The notes: generated from the sequence alone by a model not told the origin. A DNA stretch of 64,000 nucleotides from Candidatus Omnitrophota bacterium (GCA_903843285.1 CAIMPC010000062.1:8895-72894); one strand, 5' to 3'. Positions 52,354 through 61,664 are shown, numbered from the stretch's first letter. Made by a program: numbers and translations.

Positions 52354-52980
52354 TTAGCGAAGTCGGATAAAGTTCGACAGGATATTTAAACCGAGATCCT
52401 GACTCTTCTCCGGATGAAATTGAAATCCGTAGACGTTATCCTTATGCACTCCCGAAACAAACTTTATACCATAATCTGTCATAGTAAGAGTTACCTTTTT
52501 ATCCTTTGGCACCACATAATACGAATGAACGAAGTAAACATACGAGCCATCAGAAATGTTTTTTAATATGTTCGGGCCTCCTGCAGATGCACTCGACGCC
52601 TTATTAATTACATTCCATCCCATGTGAGGAACTTTAAGCCCGCCCTTGCCAAACTTAAACCTTTTGACATTACCACCCAATACGGATAAACCCTTTACTC
52701 CGGGGGCTTCTTCACTGGCATCAAACAGTAACTGCATGCCCAGGCACAGTCCGAGGAATGTCTTGCCCTCGTTTATTGCATCCTTTATCGGCGCCACAAG
52801 CCTTAATCGTTTCAGCTCATTCATAGCATCGCCAAACGCGCCAACCCCGGGCAACACAAGCTTATCACATTTAGCGATATCGGAAGGTTTCGAAGTTATC
52901 CTTACCCTGCCCCCGACCTTCTTAAGAGCTTTCTCAACGCTCCTTAGATTGCCCATTCCATAATCTATTACGGCTATCAT
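52354..52980 (-). CDS. hisH: imidazole glycerol phosphate synthase, glutaminase subunit
   Basis: 208 aa. GATase (GLCLGMQ). Confidence 0.9.
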   Translation of the reverse strand: MIAVIDYGMGNLRSVEKALKKVGGRVRITSKPSDIAKCDKLVLPGVGAFGDAMNELKRLRLVAPIKDAINEGKTFLGLCLGMQLLFDASEEAPGVKGLSVLGGNVKRFKFGKGGLKVPHMGWNVINKASSASAGGPNILKNISDGSYVYFVHSYYVVPKDKKVTLTMTDYGIKFVSGVHKDNVYGFQFHPEKSQDLGLNILSNFIRLR

Positions 52981-52989
52981 CCGGTAACC

Positions 52990-53598
52990 TCAGTCTATCG
53001 TTCCCTTTGTAGAAGGAACGCCTTTTCTACGGACATCCACCTGAGTAGCTTCATCCAGCGCCATACCCAGGGCTTTAAATATCGCTTCCAGGACGTGATG
53101 CGTATCCTCTCCGGAATAGACATCGACATGCATATTGATAGCGGCATTCTTCGCGAAAGTATCCAGAAAATCCTTGCCGTCATCTATAGAATAATTCTCC
53201 GATGAAGGTAAGGTGTCACCGTACTTCGGGATCCTCCAGGCAAACGCATATCGACCCCCAACATCCACCATGACCTTCGCCGCAGCCAGATCCATCGGCA
53301 CTTCTTTCGAACCGTATCTTTTAATACCGCGGCAGTCGCCAAGCGCCTGTTTAAATGCCTTACCCAGGCATATCGCGGCATCTTCATTGGTGTGATGTAT
53401 GTCGACCTTGAGATCACCCTTCACTTTCAATACGAGATCAAATAGCCCATGAAAGGTAAATAGTGTCAGCATATGGTCGAGAAAACCTATACCGGTATCT
53501 ATATCTACTTTGCCGCTACCGTCAATATTGAGCTTGCCCGTTATGTCGGTCTCTGTGGTCTTGCGCTTAATTACGTTTAAACGAATCTTCTTTGCCAT
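52990..53598 (-). CDS. hisB: imidazoleglycerol-phosphate dehydratase
   Basis: 202 aa. IGPD metal-binding His/Glu motifs. Confidence 0.9.
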   Translation of the reverse strand: MAKKIRLNVIKRKTTETDITGKLNIDGSGKVDIDTGIGFLDHMLTLFTFHGLFDLVLKVKGDLKVDIHHTNEDAAICLGKAFKQALGDCRGIKRYGSKEVPMDLAAAKVMVDVGGRYAFAWRIPKYGDTLPSSENYSIDDGKDFLDTFAKNAAINMHVDVYSGEDTHHVLEAIFKALGMALDEATQVDVRRKGVPSTKGTID

Positions 53599-53610
53599 AC
53601 ATCGCCCTTT

Positions 53611-54831
53611 CTATTCGAACCTTGCTCTAACAGAAGCAAGATGTTTATTCAGCATCTCTATTCCGGCAACTTTTTCAAGGGGTTCACGAATCTTCTCGAG
53701 CGCCTTCTTCGTAAATGAAAGTATGTGCGAGCTCTTATAAAAATCTGAGACCCCCAAGCCTGAAAAAAAACGCGCACTACCGCCCGTAGGCAGGACATGG
53801 CTGGGGCCGGCGACGTAATCACCCACTGCCACCGGCGTGTAAGGGCCCAGAAATATTGCACCCGCATGCACTATTTTCTTAGAGATCTTTTTCGGATTAT
53901 TCGTCAATATTTGCAAATGCTCGGCCGCCAATAAATTCGCAACATTAGCCGCCTCATCCATATTCTTCACTCCGATTATATAACCGTTAATATTCTGATG
54001 CTTAAATATCTTTACCAGTCTCTTAGAGTTAGTAACCAATATAGAAATGCCCATGTGATGTTCGGCCTGAGCTTCCAGGTCGGCCATTATGAACTTAACA
54101 TCCGACATCTGATTAGCAATTATCACGACCTCTGTGGGTCCGGCCAGCATATCAATACCGCAATAACCGAAGACCTGACGCTTCGCCTCTGTGACATAGG
54201 CATTTCCCGGACCAACTATCTTATCTACCTTCGGTATGATCTTAGTGCCGAATGCCAGAGCGGCTATAGCCTGCGCGCCGCCGACTTTGTATATGGCGTC
54301 AACCTTAAGAAGGTCGGCCACTACCAGGATGTGCGGATCGACAGAACCATGTTTGTTAGGCGGTGTGACCAACACTATCTTTTTTACTCCCGCCATCTTA
54401 GCAGGAATCACCGTCATATATACGCTCGATACCAGAGGCACTGTACCGCTCGGCACATACACCCCCACCTTCTCAATCGGCACTATATTCTCTCCTAATA
54501 ATACACCGTCAGCGTCCTTTATCTTCCATGACTTCTTAAGCTGTTTCTTATAGAACTTATTGATATTCTCCATTACTATCTTCAGCGTAGAGACAAACTC
54601 CGGCTCGATATTCTGATATGCGCCCGACATCTCGCATTCGGAAACCTTCAGATTTTTCAAGTTAAGTTTCACACTATCAAACTTCTTTGTGTATTTCAAA
54701 ACAGCATCATCGCCATTAAGTTTAACATTTTCCACTATTTTGCTTACACTATCCGCCACCCGCCTATTACGCGTAAAACCCCTGTCGCATAGTTTCCGGA
54801 ACTGCTGACTGCCCACTCTCACAACTTTCAT
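53611..54831 (-). CDS. hisD: histidinol dehydrogenase
   Basis: 406 aa. Typical HisD. Confidence 0.9.
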   Translation of the reverse strand: MKVVRVGSQQFRKLCDRGFTRNRRVADSVSKIVENVKLNGDDAVLKYTKKFDSVKLNLKNLKVSECEMSGAYQNIEPEFVSTLKIVMENINKFYKKQLKKSWKIKDADGVLLGENIVPIEKVGVYVPSGTVPLVSSVYMTVIPAKMAGVKKIVLVTPPNKHGSVDPHILVVADLLKVDAIYKVGGAQAIAALAFGTKIIPKVDKIVGPGNAYVTEAKRQVFGYCGIDMLAGPTEVVIIANQMSDVKFIMADLEAQAEHHMGISILVTNSKRLVKIFKHQNINGYIIGVKNMDEAANVANLLAAEHLQILTNNPKKISKKIVHAGAIFLGPYTPVAVGDYVAGPSHVLPTGGSARFFSGLGVSDFYKSSHILSFTKKALEKIREPLEKVAGIEMLNKHLASVRARFE

Positions 54832-57377
54832 TTAAGCGTCTCCTTAACTGATCCGATGGCCTTATCCAATGCGGCTTTCAGCTTCTCATCCGACCTTCCG
54901 CCGCCCTGCGCAAAATTATTCTTGCCGCCGCCCGAACCCTCTATGGCTTTAGAGATATCTTTGGCTATGCTATTCGCGCTTATGCCTCTCTTCACGAGGT
55001 CTTCCGTAACCGATGCGACAAACGACACCTTATCTCCAAACTTCGTATGCAGTATGACGATCGATGATGTCGCCTTAGCCCGAATATTATCCGCAAGCAG
55101 CCTCAAAGTTTCTATCATTATATCATTTATATTTTCAACTACTATCTTAGAGCTGCCGAAAGTTTCGGCTCGAGATAAAAATAAGCCTACCTTAGATGTC
55201 TCTTCTTCCAACCTTTTTTGGGCTATTTTCTTCAACAAATCCTTATCGGCTTCCAGTTTTAGCTTCGCCGCATTGGCTGCATCTCGATCCTTCATCCATT
55301 TCAATGCCGCTTCCCCCGTCACCGCCTCTATGCGACGCACACCTGAGGCCGTGGAGCTCTCGCCGGTTATCCTGAATATGCCGATATCCCTTGTATTATC
55401 CACATGAATCCCACCGCACAGTTCTTTAGAGATATCGCCTAAAGAGATCACCCTTACAGTTTTGTCGTACTTCTCGCCGAAGAGCGCGGTTGCTCCGGAC
55501 CCCTTAGCCTCCTCGATATCCATTACATCTTTTTTTACCGGCAAAGAACTCTTTATATTCTCGTTAACCAAATCTTCTACTCTTACGAGCTCCCTGTTTT
55601 CCATCTTCTTCATGTGTGTAAAATCAAATCTCAGATGTTCGCCGTCGACCAGAGATCCGGTCTGGCGCACGTGATCGCCCAGGACCTTACGAAGCGCCGA
55701 GTGCAATAGATGCGTCGCGGTATGATTCGACATGATCTTACGCCTTAAGGTCTCATCGATTGACGCTCGTGCTCTATCTCCGGTCTTAATAGAGCCTCTT
55801 ACGATCCTGCCTATATGCACGATCGATTGGCCGATCTTTTTCGCATCCGTCACTTCCATCGCGCCGGATTGAGTATCGATTTTTCCCCGATCGCCGACCT
55901 GTCCGCCGGATTCGCCGTAAAACGGCGTCTTATCTAATATGACTTCGCCGTCTCCGAGAACTGCCACTACTTCAGCTTCCGCGACCGACTTTTCGTAGCC
56001 GAGAAATTCGGTCTTAAGCCCGAGGGCCTCAACCTTCTTTGCAAACGTCTCGGTAAATATTTCACCTTTTATCTTTGATTTGGAACGGGACAAGTCTCTC
56101 TGCTTATCCAAAAGCTTATCGAATATACCCCTGTCTATCTTAAGTCCGCGCTTTTCCGCGATCTCTTCCAGCATCTCATAAGGCATGCCATACGTATCGT
56201 AAAAACTAAACGCTTCATGCGCCAGTCGGGACGAATCGTTAGAACCTTTCATACTCTCGAATGCCGCCTCAACCTTAGGCAGTTGGTTCCCGATCACGTA
56301 TAGAAAAGCCTCTTCCTCTGTCTTCACGATCTGGGCGATGTCATCGCGGCGCGTCTTCAGATCCGGATAAGCGGCATGCATCACATCGGCCACTGTGGAA
56401 ACCAATTTGTATAGAAACGGTTCCTTAATTCCGATATCCTGGCCGTGGGACATAGAGCGCCTGATTAATTTGCGCACAACGTAGCCGCGTTCCTCATTCG
56501 ATGGCATAACGCCATCGGCTATACAGAATGTGACAGCGCGGATATGGTCAGCAATGGCTTTAACCTTGCTCCCTGAGACATCCGGCTTATTACCGCTATA
56601 CGATTGGATCGTTTCCATAAGCGGCTTAAATATATCAATCTCAAAGTTCGTCTTCACGCCTTGCATTATCGATGCTATTCTCTCCAGTCCCATCCCTGTA
56701 TCAATATTCTTATTTGTAAGATTCTTTAGGCTACCGTCCTCTTGCCTATCAAACTGAGTGAATACCAGGTTCCAGACTTCGATAAATCTACCGCAATCAC
56801 ATGCCGGACCGCAATCAGGCTCACCGCATCCCGTGTCAGCGCCATGATCGTAAAATATCTCTGAACACGTCCCACAAGGACCGTTAGGCCCCTTAGATGG
56901 CGCTTCGGACGGCCAAAAATTATCCTTCTCGCCCAGCTTTACGATCCTGGAGGGAGATATCTTTATATCATCCTTCCATACTTTGTAAGCCTCTTCATCG
57001 TCTTTGTATACCGAAACCCACAGCCTGTCCTCCGGTATATTCAGTATCTTAGTGAAAAATTCCCAGGCCCATGCTATAGCTTCATTTTTAAAATAATCCC
57101 CAAATGAAAAGTTGCCCAACATTTCAAAGAATGTGTGATGAGCACTCGTCTTGCCGACGTTATTCAGATCTCCTGTCCTGAGACACTTCTGCGAAGAGGT
57201 GGCGCGTTTATAGGTGATATTACGCCCTAGGAACTTCTCCTTAAATTGATTCATGCCGGCGCCTGTAAATAGCAGCGTCGGATCATCCTTAGGCACGAGA
57301 GAATCGCTCGGGACTATTTCATGGGCCTTTGTCTTGAAGAAATCAAGGTATAATCTTCTTATCTCATCCGTTTTCAT
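54828..57377 (-). CDS. alaS: alanine--tRNA ligase
   Basis: 849 aa. Class II aaRS catalytic, editing and C-terminal domains. Confidence 0.9.
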   Translation of the reverse strand: MKTDEIRRLYLDFFKTKAHEIVPSDSLVPKDDPTLLFTGAGMNQFKEKFLGRNITYKRATSSQKCLRTGDLNNVGKTSAHHTFFEMLGNFSFGDYFKNEAIAWAWEFFTKILNIPEDRLWVSVYKDDEEAYKVWKDDIKISPSRIVKLGEKDNFWPSEAPSKGPNGPCGTCSEIFYDHGADTGCGEPDCGPACDCGRFIEVWNLVFTQFDRQEDGSLKNLTNKNIDTGMGLERIASIMQGVKTNFEIDIFKPLMETIQSYSGNKPDVSGSKVKAIADHIRAVTFCIADGVMPSNEERGYVVRKLIRRSMSHGQDIGIKEPFLYKLVSTVADVMHAAYPDLKTRRDDIAQIVKTEEEAFLYVIGNQLPKVEAAFESMKGSNDSSRLAHEAFSFYDTYGMPYEMLEEIAEKRGLKIDRGIFDKLLDKQRDLSRSKSKIKGEIFTETFAKKVEALGLKTEFLGYEKSVAEAEVVAVLGDGEVILDKTPFYGESGGQVGDRGKIDTQSGAMEVTDAKKIGQSIVHIGRIVRGSIKTGDRARASIDETLRRKIMSNHTATHLLHSALRKVLGDHVRQTGSLVDGEHLRFDFTHMKKMENRELVRVEDLVNENIKSSLPVKKDVMDIEEAKGSGATALFGEKYDKTVRVISLGDISKELCGGIHVDNTRDIGIFRITGESSTASGVRRIEAVTGEAALKWMKDRDAANAAKLKLEADKDLLKKIAQKRLEEETSKVGLFLSRAETFGSSKIVVENINDIMIETLRLLADNIRAKATSSIVILHTKFGDKVSFVASVTEDLVKRGISANSIAKDISKAIEGSGGGKNNFAQGGGRSDEKLKAALDKAIGSVKETLK

Positions 57378-57843
57378 CTATCAGTACACCTATTACTCTG
57401 TTAATAATGTCGTAATCGAACTCGCGCCTGGCGAGGTAGTCATACAGGCGCTTGGATGCTTTTCTTCTGTCGAGCTTAACCAGGCGCTTAAAACGCTCTC
57501 TCGTAATATTGAGAGCCACCTCATACTCATCGTAGTTTTTAGCCGCATCTTCGAGCGCCTGATCAATATCTGAATCGTCCACACCTTTAAACTTAAGCTC
57601 GCGCCTTAAGGCTGACTTGCCCATAGGATTCACATGCATTCGCGACTCGACCCAAAAACCGGCGAACTTACGATCATCTATCTCGCCAATCTTTTTAAGC
57701 GCCACGACAACGGAATCTATAATGGTCTCATCATAACGTTTAAGCTTAAGCCTGCCGCGCAACTCAGCCTCAGACCTCGGCCTTGAGCGCAGTAGGCAAT
57801 AAGCGTTATTCGTTGCAGCTCGTAGCTTCTTATTCTCTTCCAA
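57364..57843 (-). CDS. recX: RecA regulator RecX
   Basis: 159 aa helical-repeat protein. Immediately downstream of recA. Confidence 0.8.
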   Translation of the reverse strand: MEENKKLRAATNNAYCLLRSRPRSEAELRGRLKLKRYDETIIDSVVVALKKIGEIDDRKFAGFWVESRMHVNPMGKSALRRELKFKGVDDSDIDQALEDAAKNYDEYEVALNITRERFKRLVKLDRRKASKRLYDYLARREFDYDIINRVIGVLIDENG

Positions 57844-57845
57844 TG

Positions 57846-58898
57846 TTATTTAATAGACTTCTCTATTATCTCTTTTTCGATCTTGGCTAAGATCGTCGGA
57901 TTCGCCCTAAGATAGGTCCTGGCGTTCTCCTTACCCTGGCCGAGCTTCTCCTCGCCGTAAATCAGCCATGTCCCGCTCTTCTTCAGAACACCTGTAGCCT
58001 CACCCATATCTAACACACTGCCCGACTTAGAGATCCCCTCGTCGAACATGATGTCGAACTCCGCTTTTCTGAACGGCGGAGCTACTTTATTCTTAGCAAT
58101 AGATGCCCTGACTCTGTTACCCACAGCCTCTTCGCCTTTTTTAAGTGATGCTATTCTGCGCAGATCTATTCTGACCGATGAATAGAATTTGAGCGCCCTG
58201 CCTCCCGGCGTCGTTTCAGGATTTCCGAACATCACGCCTATCTTCTCGCGTATCTGGTTGATAAATATCACGCACGTCTTGGACTTCGAGATAGATCCCG
58301 ATAACTTCCTAAGAGCATGACTCATCAGACGCGCCTGTAATCCCATGTGCGACTGCCCCATCTCACCATCGATCTCAGCCTTCGGAACGAGTGCCGCTAC
58401 AGAGTCAATAACTACCACGTCTAATGCATTAGATTTTACCAGTGTCTCCGCTATATCCAACCCCTGTTCTCCGGTATCCGGTTGAGACATAAGCAGGTTG
58501 TCGAGATTAACTCCCAACATCTTCGCATAAGAAGGATCGAAGGCGTGCTCGGCGTCAATAAAAGCGGCCGTCCCGCCCATTCGCTGCGCATTAGCTATAA
58601 TGCTGAGGGTTAGCGTCGTCTTTCCGCTCGATTCGGGGCCAAATATCTCTATAACCCTCCCTCGCGGCACTCCGCCTACGCCGAGCGCTATATCGAGCGT
58701 CACCGATCCGGTAGGAATCGACGGCACATCCAACTTAAAGTCCTGGCCGAGCTTCATTATAGAACCCTTGCCGAATTGCTTTTCGATGTGCTCTAATGCC
58801 ATCTCGAGCGCTTTGGCTTTATTGGCCTGCACACTATCTTTAACCTCTTTAGGCTGCTCGTGAGCGTCCTCTTTTTCCTTCGATTTTGATTTTACCAT
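57846..58898 (-). CDS. recA: recombinase RecA
   Basis: Walker [10 protein letters not shown] and L1/L2 loops. 350 aa. Confidence 0.9.
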   Translation of the reverse strand: MVKSKSKEKEDAHEQPKEVKDSVQANKAKALEMALEHIEKQFGKGSIMKLGQDFKLDVPSIPTGSVTLDIALGVGGVPRGRVIEIFGPESSGKTTLTLSIIANAQRMGGTAAFIDAEHAFDPSYAKMLGVNLDNLLMSQPDTGEQGLDIAETLVKSNALDVVVIDSVAALVPKAEIDGEMGQSHMGLQARLMSHALRKLSGSISKSKTCVIFINQIREKIGVMFGNPETTPGGRALKFYSSVRIDLRRIASLKKGEEAVGNRVRASIAKNKVAPPFRKAEFDIMFDEGISKSGSVLDMGEATGVLKKSGTWLIYGEEKLGQGKENARTYLRANPTILAKIEKEIIEKSIK

Positions 58899-58959
58899 TT
58901 CACTCTCCTTGGATTATTACGCTGGTTACTTCTCGTATCAACATTACATATAGTGGGTT

Positions 58960-58988
58960 ATTATACAGGCATTACCTCCTTTCTGCAA
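58960..58988 (-). promoter_or_regulatory. sigma70-like recA promoter
   Basis: Minus strand reads TTGCAG - 17 nt - TATAAT, with a strong SD (AAGGAGAG) before the recA ATG. Confidence 0.4.
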
Positions 58989-59066
58989 GAAAATCGCACT
59001 AAAATAATGGGAATGGGAAGATACATCGTACCCCCTTCCATATGTGTTAATCGTCCTTATTTATTA

Positions 59067-59193
59067 CCCCCTACTATAAAGACGCTAAAAGGGGTGAAAT
59101 TGTTGCAAAGTATTTTAAAATAGTTTGATTGGGGACAGGTTTAATCTTAAAAAAGGGGACACCGTGAAGGTTGGTTTTGCCAAACGGTACAAG
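59067..59193. repeat. copy B, long form (~125 nt) of the island repeat. It is a direct repeat of 61665-61789.
   Basis: CCCCCTACTATAAAGACGCTAAAAGGGGTGAAATTGTTGCAAAGTATTTTAAAATAGTTTGATTGGGGACAGGTTTAATCTTAAAAAAGGGGACACCGTGAAGGTTGGTTTTGCCAAACGGTACAAG. About 95% identical to copy E. Confidence 0.75.
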
Positions 59194-59196
59194 GGC

Positions 59197-59334
59197 TCAA
59201 AGATGGTTGGGGGATATTCTAGTTACTTTACCGTTTTGCCACACAGAAAGAGGACGGCCTGTTTCCTTATGCCGCTCGACCACCTGTCGCACAGCCTTTT
59301 TCAGAGCCGCTTCTGCTTTATCTTGTAAGGACAT
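59197..59334 (-). CDS. 45-aa mini-ORF with a Phd/YefM-antitoxin-like N-terminal pattern
   Basis: MSLQDKAEAALKKAVRQVVERHKETGRPLSVWQNGKVTRISPNHL. The helix-then-GxPxxVxxNGKxVxRIxP pattern resembles the Phd/YefM N-domain. Its stop lies 3 nt from repeat B. Confidence 0.3.
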   Translation of the reverse strand: MSLQDKAEAALKKAVRQVVERHKETGRPLSVWQNGKVTRISPNHL

Positions 59335-59341
59335 TCTTTTT

Positions 59342-59566
59342 TCATATTTCCTTTACGCCTTTCTTAATCATCTCAAATAAATCACTATTTATAGCTTCGA
59401 CATGGCCATTTTTCTTTTTAGCGATCAGAGTAGGCCTTGCTTTAGAATTATCAAATAACATCCATGAATTAACCATCGGCATGTATAGATTGAAGAAATT
59501 ATAAATACCACGAACAAAACGCCTTCTCACGTCTTCCGATGGAACATTATGCCCGCCTTCGGCCAC
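59342..59566 (-). pseudogene. C-terminal remnant of a zeta-toxin/COG4185-like P-loop ATPase (N-terminus missing)
   Basis: 74 codons containing a GGHNVPSEDVRRRFVRG motif like the C-terminal region of zeta/AAA_33-type ATPases. An in-frame TGA lies 4 codons upstream of the first possible start. No Walker A is encoded upstream. Confidence 0.45.
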
Positions 59567-59652
59567 CCTATTGCCATGTCATAGCTTATACTCTGAACAT
59601 ATGCCCTCTACAAGTAAAATGCCTGCATGGGTTGTTTGATCTGACCCCGGAC

Positions 59653-59692
59653 GTCATTCTGAACGAAGCCCAAAAGGCGGAGTGAGGAATCT
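59653..59692. repeat. REP/MITE-like unit (GTCATTCTGAACGAAGCCCAAAAGGCGGAGTGAGGAATCT)
   Basis: Intergenic, between the zeta-like remnant and partial repeat C. Same unit family as at the other REP-like sites. Confidence 0.65.
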
Positions 59693-59717
59693 AGGAGCGG
59701 GATGCACTACTCACTGG

Positions 59718-59771
59718 GAAAGGTTGGATTTGCCAAACGGTATAAACACTGGGAGCATTCCAATAAATGAC
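59718..59771. repeat. partial copy C of the island repeat (GAAAGGTTGGATTTGCCAAACGGTATAAACACTGGGAGCATTCCAATAAATGAC)
   Basis: Shares the 3' tail (…GGGAGCrTTCCAATAAATGAC) with copy D. Followed by a duplicated GACCCCTTTTTTT. Confidence 0.6.
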
Positions 59772-59803
59772 TCTGACCCCTTTTTTTGTGACCCCTTTTT
59801 TTG

Positions 59804-60109
59804 CTAGACGAAAACTTTTTCTTCAACTTTTTTAACTCGACTCGCGAGGCCTTTTGTTTCATGGCTAATGTCCATCACAGCGCTTTTTACCGTATCAAGA
59901 TCCCGCTCGATTCTGTCTAAACGCTGACTATGTCCATCGAGAACGTGTTCAATTCTACCCAAGCGCTGATCATGCCCATCAAGCTTTCTTATTATGATTC
60001 CGTGGCCTTCGGCAATGGTCTGAACCTGCTTACTTATACCCTCTAACAATACTCTGGTTTCGCGGTCAGAGTCTGTGGTCTTATTTTTTGGCGCTTTATC
60101 ATTCTTCAT
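59804..60109 (-). CDS. small heptad-repeat coiled-coil protein, short paralog (101 aa), unknown family
   Basis: Starts with RBS GAGGAG then ATG. It is a paralog of 60537..61010, sharing an identical ~67-nt 5' leader (60110-60176 vs 61011-61077), an identical N-terminus (MKNDKAPKNKTTDS…) and an identical C-terminus (…ERDLDTVKSAVMDISHETKGLASRVKKVEEKVFV). It contains LDGHxQRL heptads. Confidence 0.6.
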   Translation of the reverse strand: MKNDKAPKNKTTDSDRETRVLLEGISKQVQTIAEGHGIIIRKLDGHDQRLGRIEHVLDGHSQRLDRIERDLDTVKSAVMDISHETKGLASRVKKVEEKVFV

Positions 60110-60215
60110 TTACTATTGTCTCCTCGTCGTAAAGTGAATATATCATACCGGGTTATTGAAGTAAACTTATTTTTCACGGGCTCCTGGATGGGGTTGTTTA
60201 ATCCGACCCCCGGAC

Positions 60216-60393
60216 GTCATTCTGAACGAAGGAGCCGAAGGGCGGAGTGAAGCCTGCCTGCCTACTATCGGAGCACCTGCAGGTAGGCAGGAATCTATGC
60301 GTTCAGATCCTTCGGCTCGCCACTTTCAGTGGCGGCCTCAGGATGACATACGCTTCGTCATTCTGAGGAGGGCTTTAGCCCGACGAAGAATCT
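60216..60393. repeat. composite array of three REP/MITE-like units, including one with a long GCCTGCCTGCCTAC…GCAGGTAGGCAGG hairpin insert
   Basis: Units at 60216-60296, 60303-60348 (inverted) and 60357-60393. Confidence 0.65.
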
Positions 60394-60430
60394 AAGGCAC
60401 TTGGATGACGAAGGGGCGCTTCTCTCGTCA

Positions 60431-60519
60431 GGGACAGGTTTAATCTTAAAAAAAGGGACACGTTGAAGGTTGGATTCTGCAAACGGTACAAGTGCTGGGA
60501 GCGTTCCAATAAATGACCC
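60431..60519. repeat. copy D of the island repeat (core 60431-60492 plus the tail shared with copy C)
   Basis: GGGACAGGTTTAATCTTAAAAAAAGGGACACGTTGAAGGTTGGATTCTGCAAACGGTACAAGTGCTGGGAGCGTTCCAATAAATGACCC. Confidence 0.7.
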
Positions 60520-60536
60520 TTTTTTGCTAGACGCTA

Positions 60537-61010
60537 CTAAACGAAAACTTTTTCTTCAACTTTTTTAACACGACTCGCGAGGCCTTTTGTTTCATGGCTA
60601 ATGTCCATCACAGCGCTTTTTACCGTATCAAGATCCCGCTCGATTCTGTCAAAACGCTGACTATGTCCATTAAGAATCTGACCATGCCCGCTCAAGCTCT
60701 GCGTATGCTCATCGAGGATCTGGCCATGTTTATTCAAGCTCTGCGTATGCTCATCGAGGATCTGGCCATGTTTATTCAGAATCTGAGTATGCTCATCGAG
60801 GATCTGGCCATGTTTATTCAGGATCTGAGTATGCTCATCGAGAACATTCTCAATCCTATCCAGGCGTTGACTATGCCCATCAAGCTTTCTTATTATGATT
60901 CCGTGGCCTTCGGCAACGGTCTGAACATGCTTACTTATACTCTCTAACAATACTCTGGTTTCGCGTTCAGAGTCTGTGGTCTTATTTTTTGGCGCTTTAT
61001 CATTCTTCAT
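60537..61010 (-). CDS. small heptad-repeat coiled-coil protein, expanded paralog (157 aa), unknown family
   Basis: Same leader, RBS and termini as 59804..60109. The middle is expanded by 14-aa / 42-bp in-frame tandem repeats (ILNKHGQILDEHTQ)n, giving about 12 consecutive LDxHxQx heptads. Confidence 0.6.
   Translation of the reverse strand: MKNDKAPKNKTTDSERETRVLLESISKHVQTVAEGHGIIIRKLDGHSQRLDRIENVLDEHTQILNKHGQILDEHTQILNKHGQILDEHTQSLNKHGQILDEHTQSLSGHGQILNGHSQRFDRIERDLDTVKSAVMDISHETKGLASRVKKVEEKVFV
60693..60850. repeat. 42-bp perfect or near-perfect tandem repeat, about 3.8 copies, in frame inside the 157-aa gene
   Basis: caagctctgcgtatgctcatcgaggatctggccatgtttatt occurs twice exactly, then two variant units. 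It is absent from the 101-aa paralog. Confidence 0.8.
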
Positions 61011-61248
61011 TTACTATTGTCTCCTCGTCGTAAAGTGAATATATCATACCGGGTTATTGAAGTAAACTTATTTTTCGCAGGCGCCTTTTTTCACGGGCTC
61101 CTGAACATTAATCCGAATGAAATCCTATCCTGCGCTTAGGCTGATCAGGGTGCGGAACCATTAGCTGACGAATCGCCTCGAAGATCATGCCGATATCTTC
61201 ACCATGCTTCTCTATTTTTATTTCAAGCTCGTTCAATTTATTAGATAA

Positions 61249-61626
61249 CTATTTATGGTTTACAATCATTGTTTTTAATCTTACGAAAGCTCGCATTATG
61301 GCAATATTTACCTGAATGGCTCGTTCGCTATTAAGCACGCTAGATAGCATAGCTACACCTTGCTCAGTAAATGCATACGGATTAGCACGTCGGGCTCCAT
61401 CCCAACTTGAAATCGCAATTTGCGATTTCAAGATTGCATGCTCTGCATCACTTAGCTGAAACATAAAATCATTCGGAAATCGCCTTATATTGCGCTTAAC
61501 CTGCTCATTTAACCGCATCACAGGAACCCCGTAAAGCCGCGCCAGATCCATAGAGAGCATAACCTTGTGCCCTCTAATTAAATAGATCTTCCTTTCAATA
61601 ATCTCTTCGGGTATTAAATTACTCAT
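61249..61626 (-). CDS. ORF6N domain protein, terminated early by an in-frame TAG (125 aa as encoded)
   Basis: [21 protein letters not shown]…FPNDFMFQL…[35 protein letters not shown] is a clear ORF6N/KilA-N-like domain. RBS AGAGAGGGAGA precedes the ATG at 61624-61626. The track ORF start at 61704 runs into repeat E and is rejected. Confidence 0.7.
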   Translation of the reverse strand: MSNLIPEEIIERKIYLIRGHKVMLSMDLARLYGVPVMRLNEQVKRNIRRFPNDFMFQLSDAEHAILKSQIAISSWDGARRANPYAFTEQGVAMLSSVLNSERAIQVNIAIMRAFVRLKTMIVNHK

Positions 61627-61664
61627 AATGCGTCTCCCTCTCTGTTTATATATACGTGCGTTGT

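Noticed and set aside
60693-60850. Possible CRISPR array, because of the perfect tandem repeats
   Set aside because: Units are contiguous 42-mers with no spacers. They are in frame inside a CDS and there are no cas genes. This is a coding tandem repeat, not CRISPR.
60594-60947. 117-aa plus-strand ORF with its own repeats (MLIEDLAMFIQ…)
   Set aside because: It is the antisense of the heptad-repeat gene. The minus-strand frame has a strong RBS, a promoter-like leader duplicated at the paralog, and matches the orientation of all other genes.
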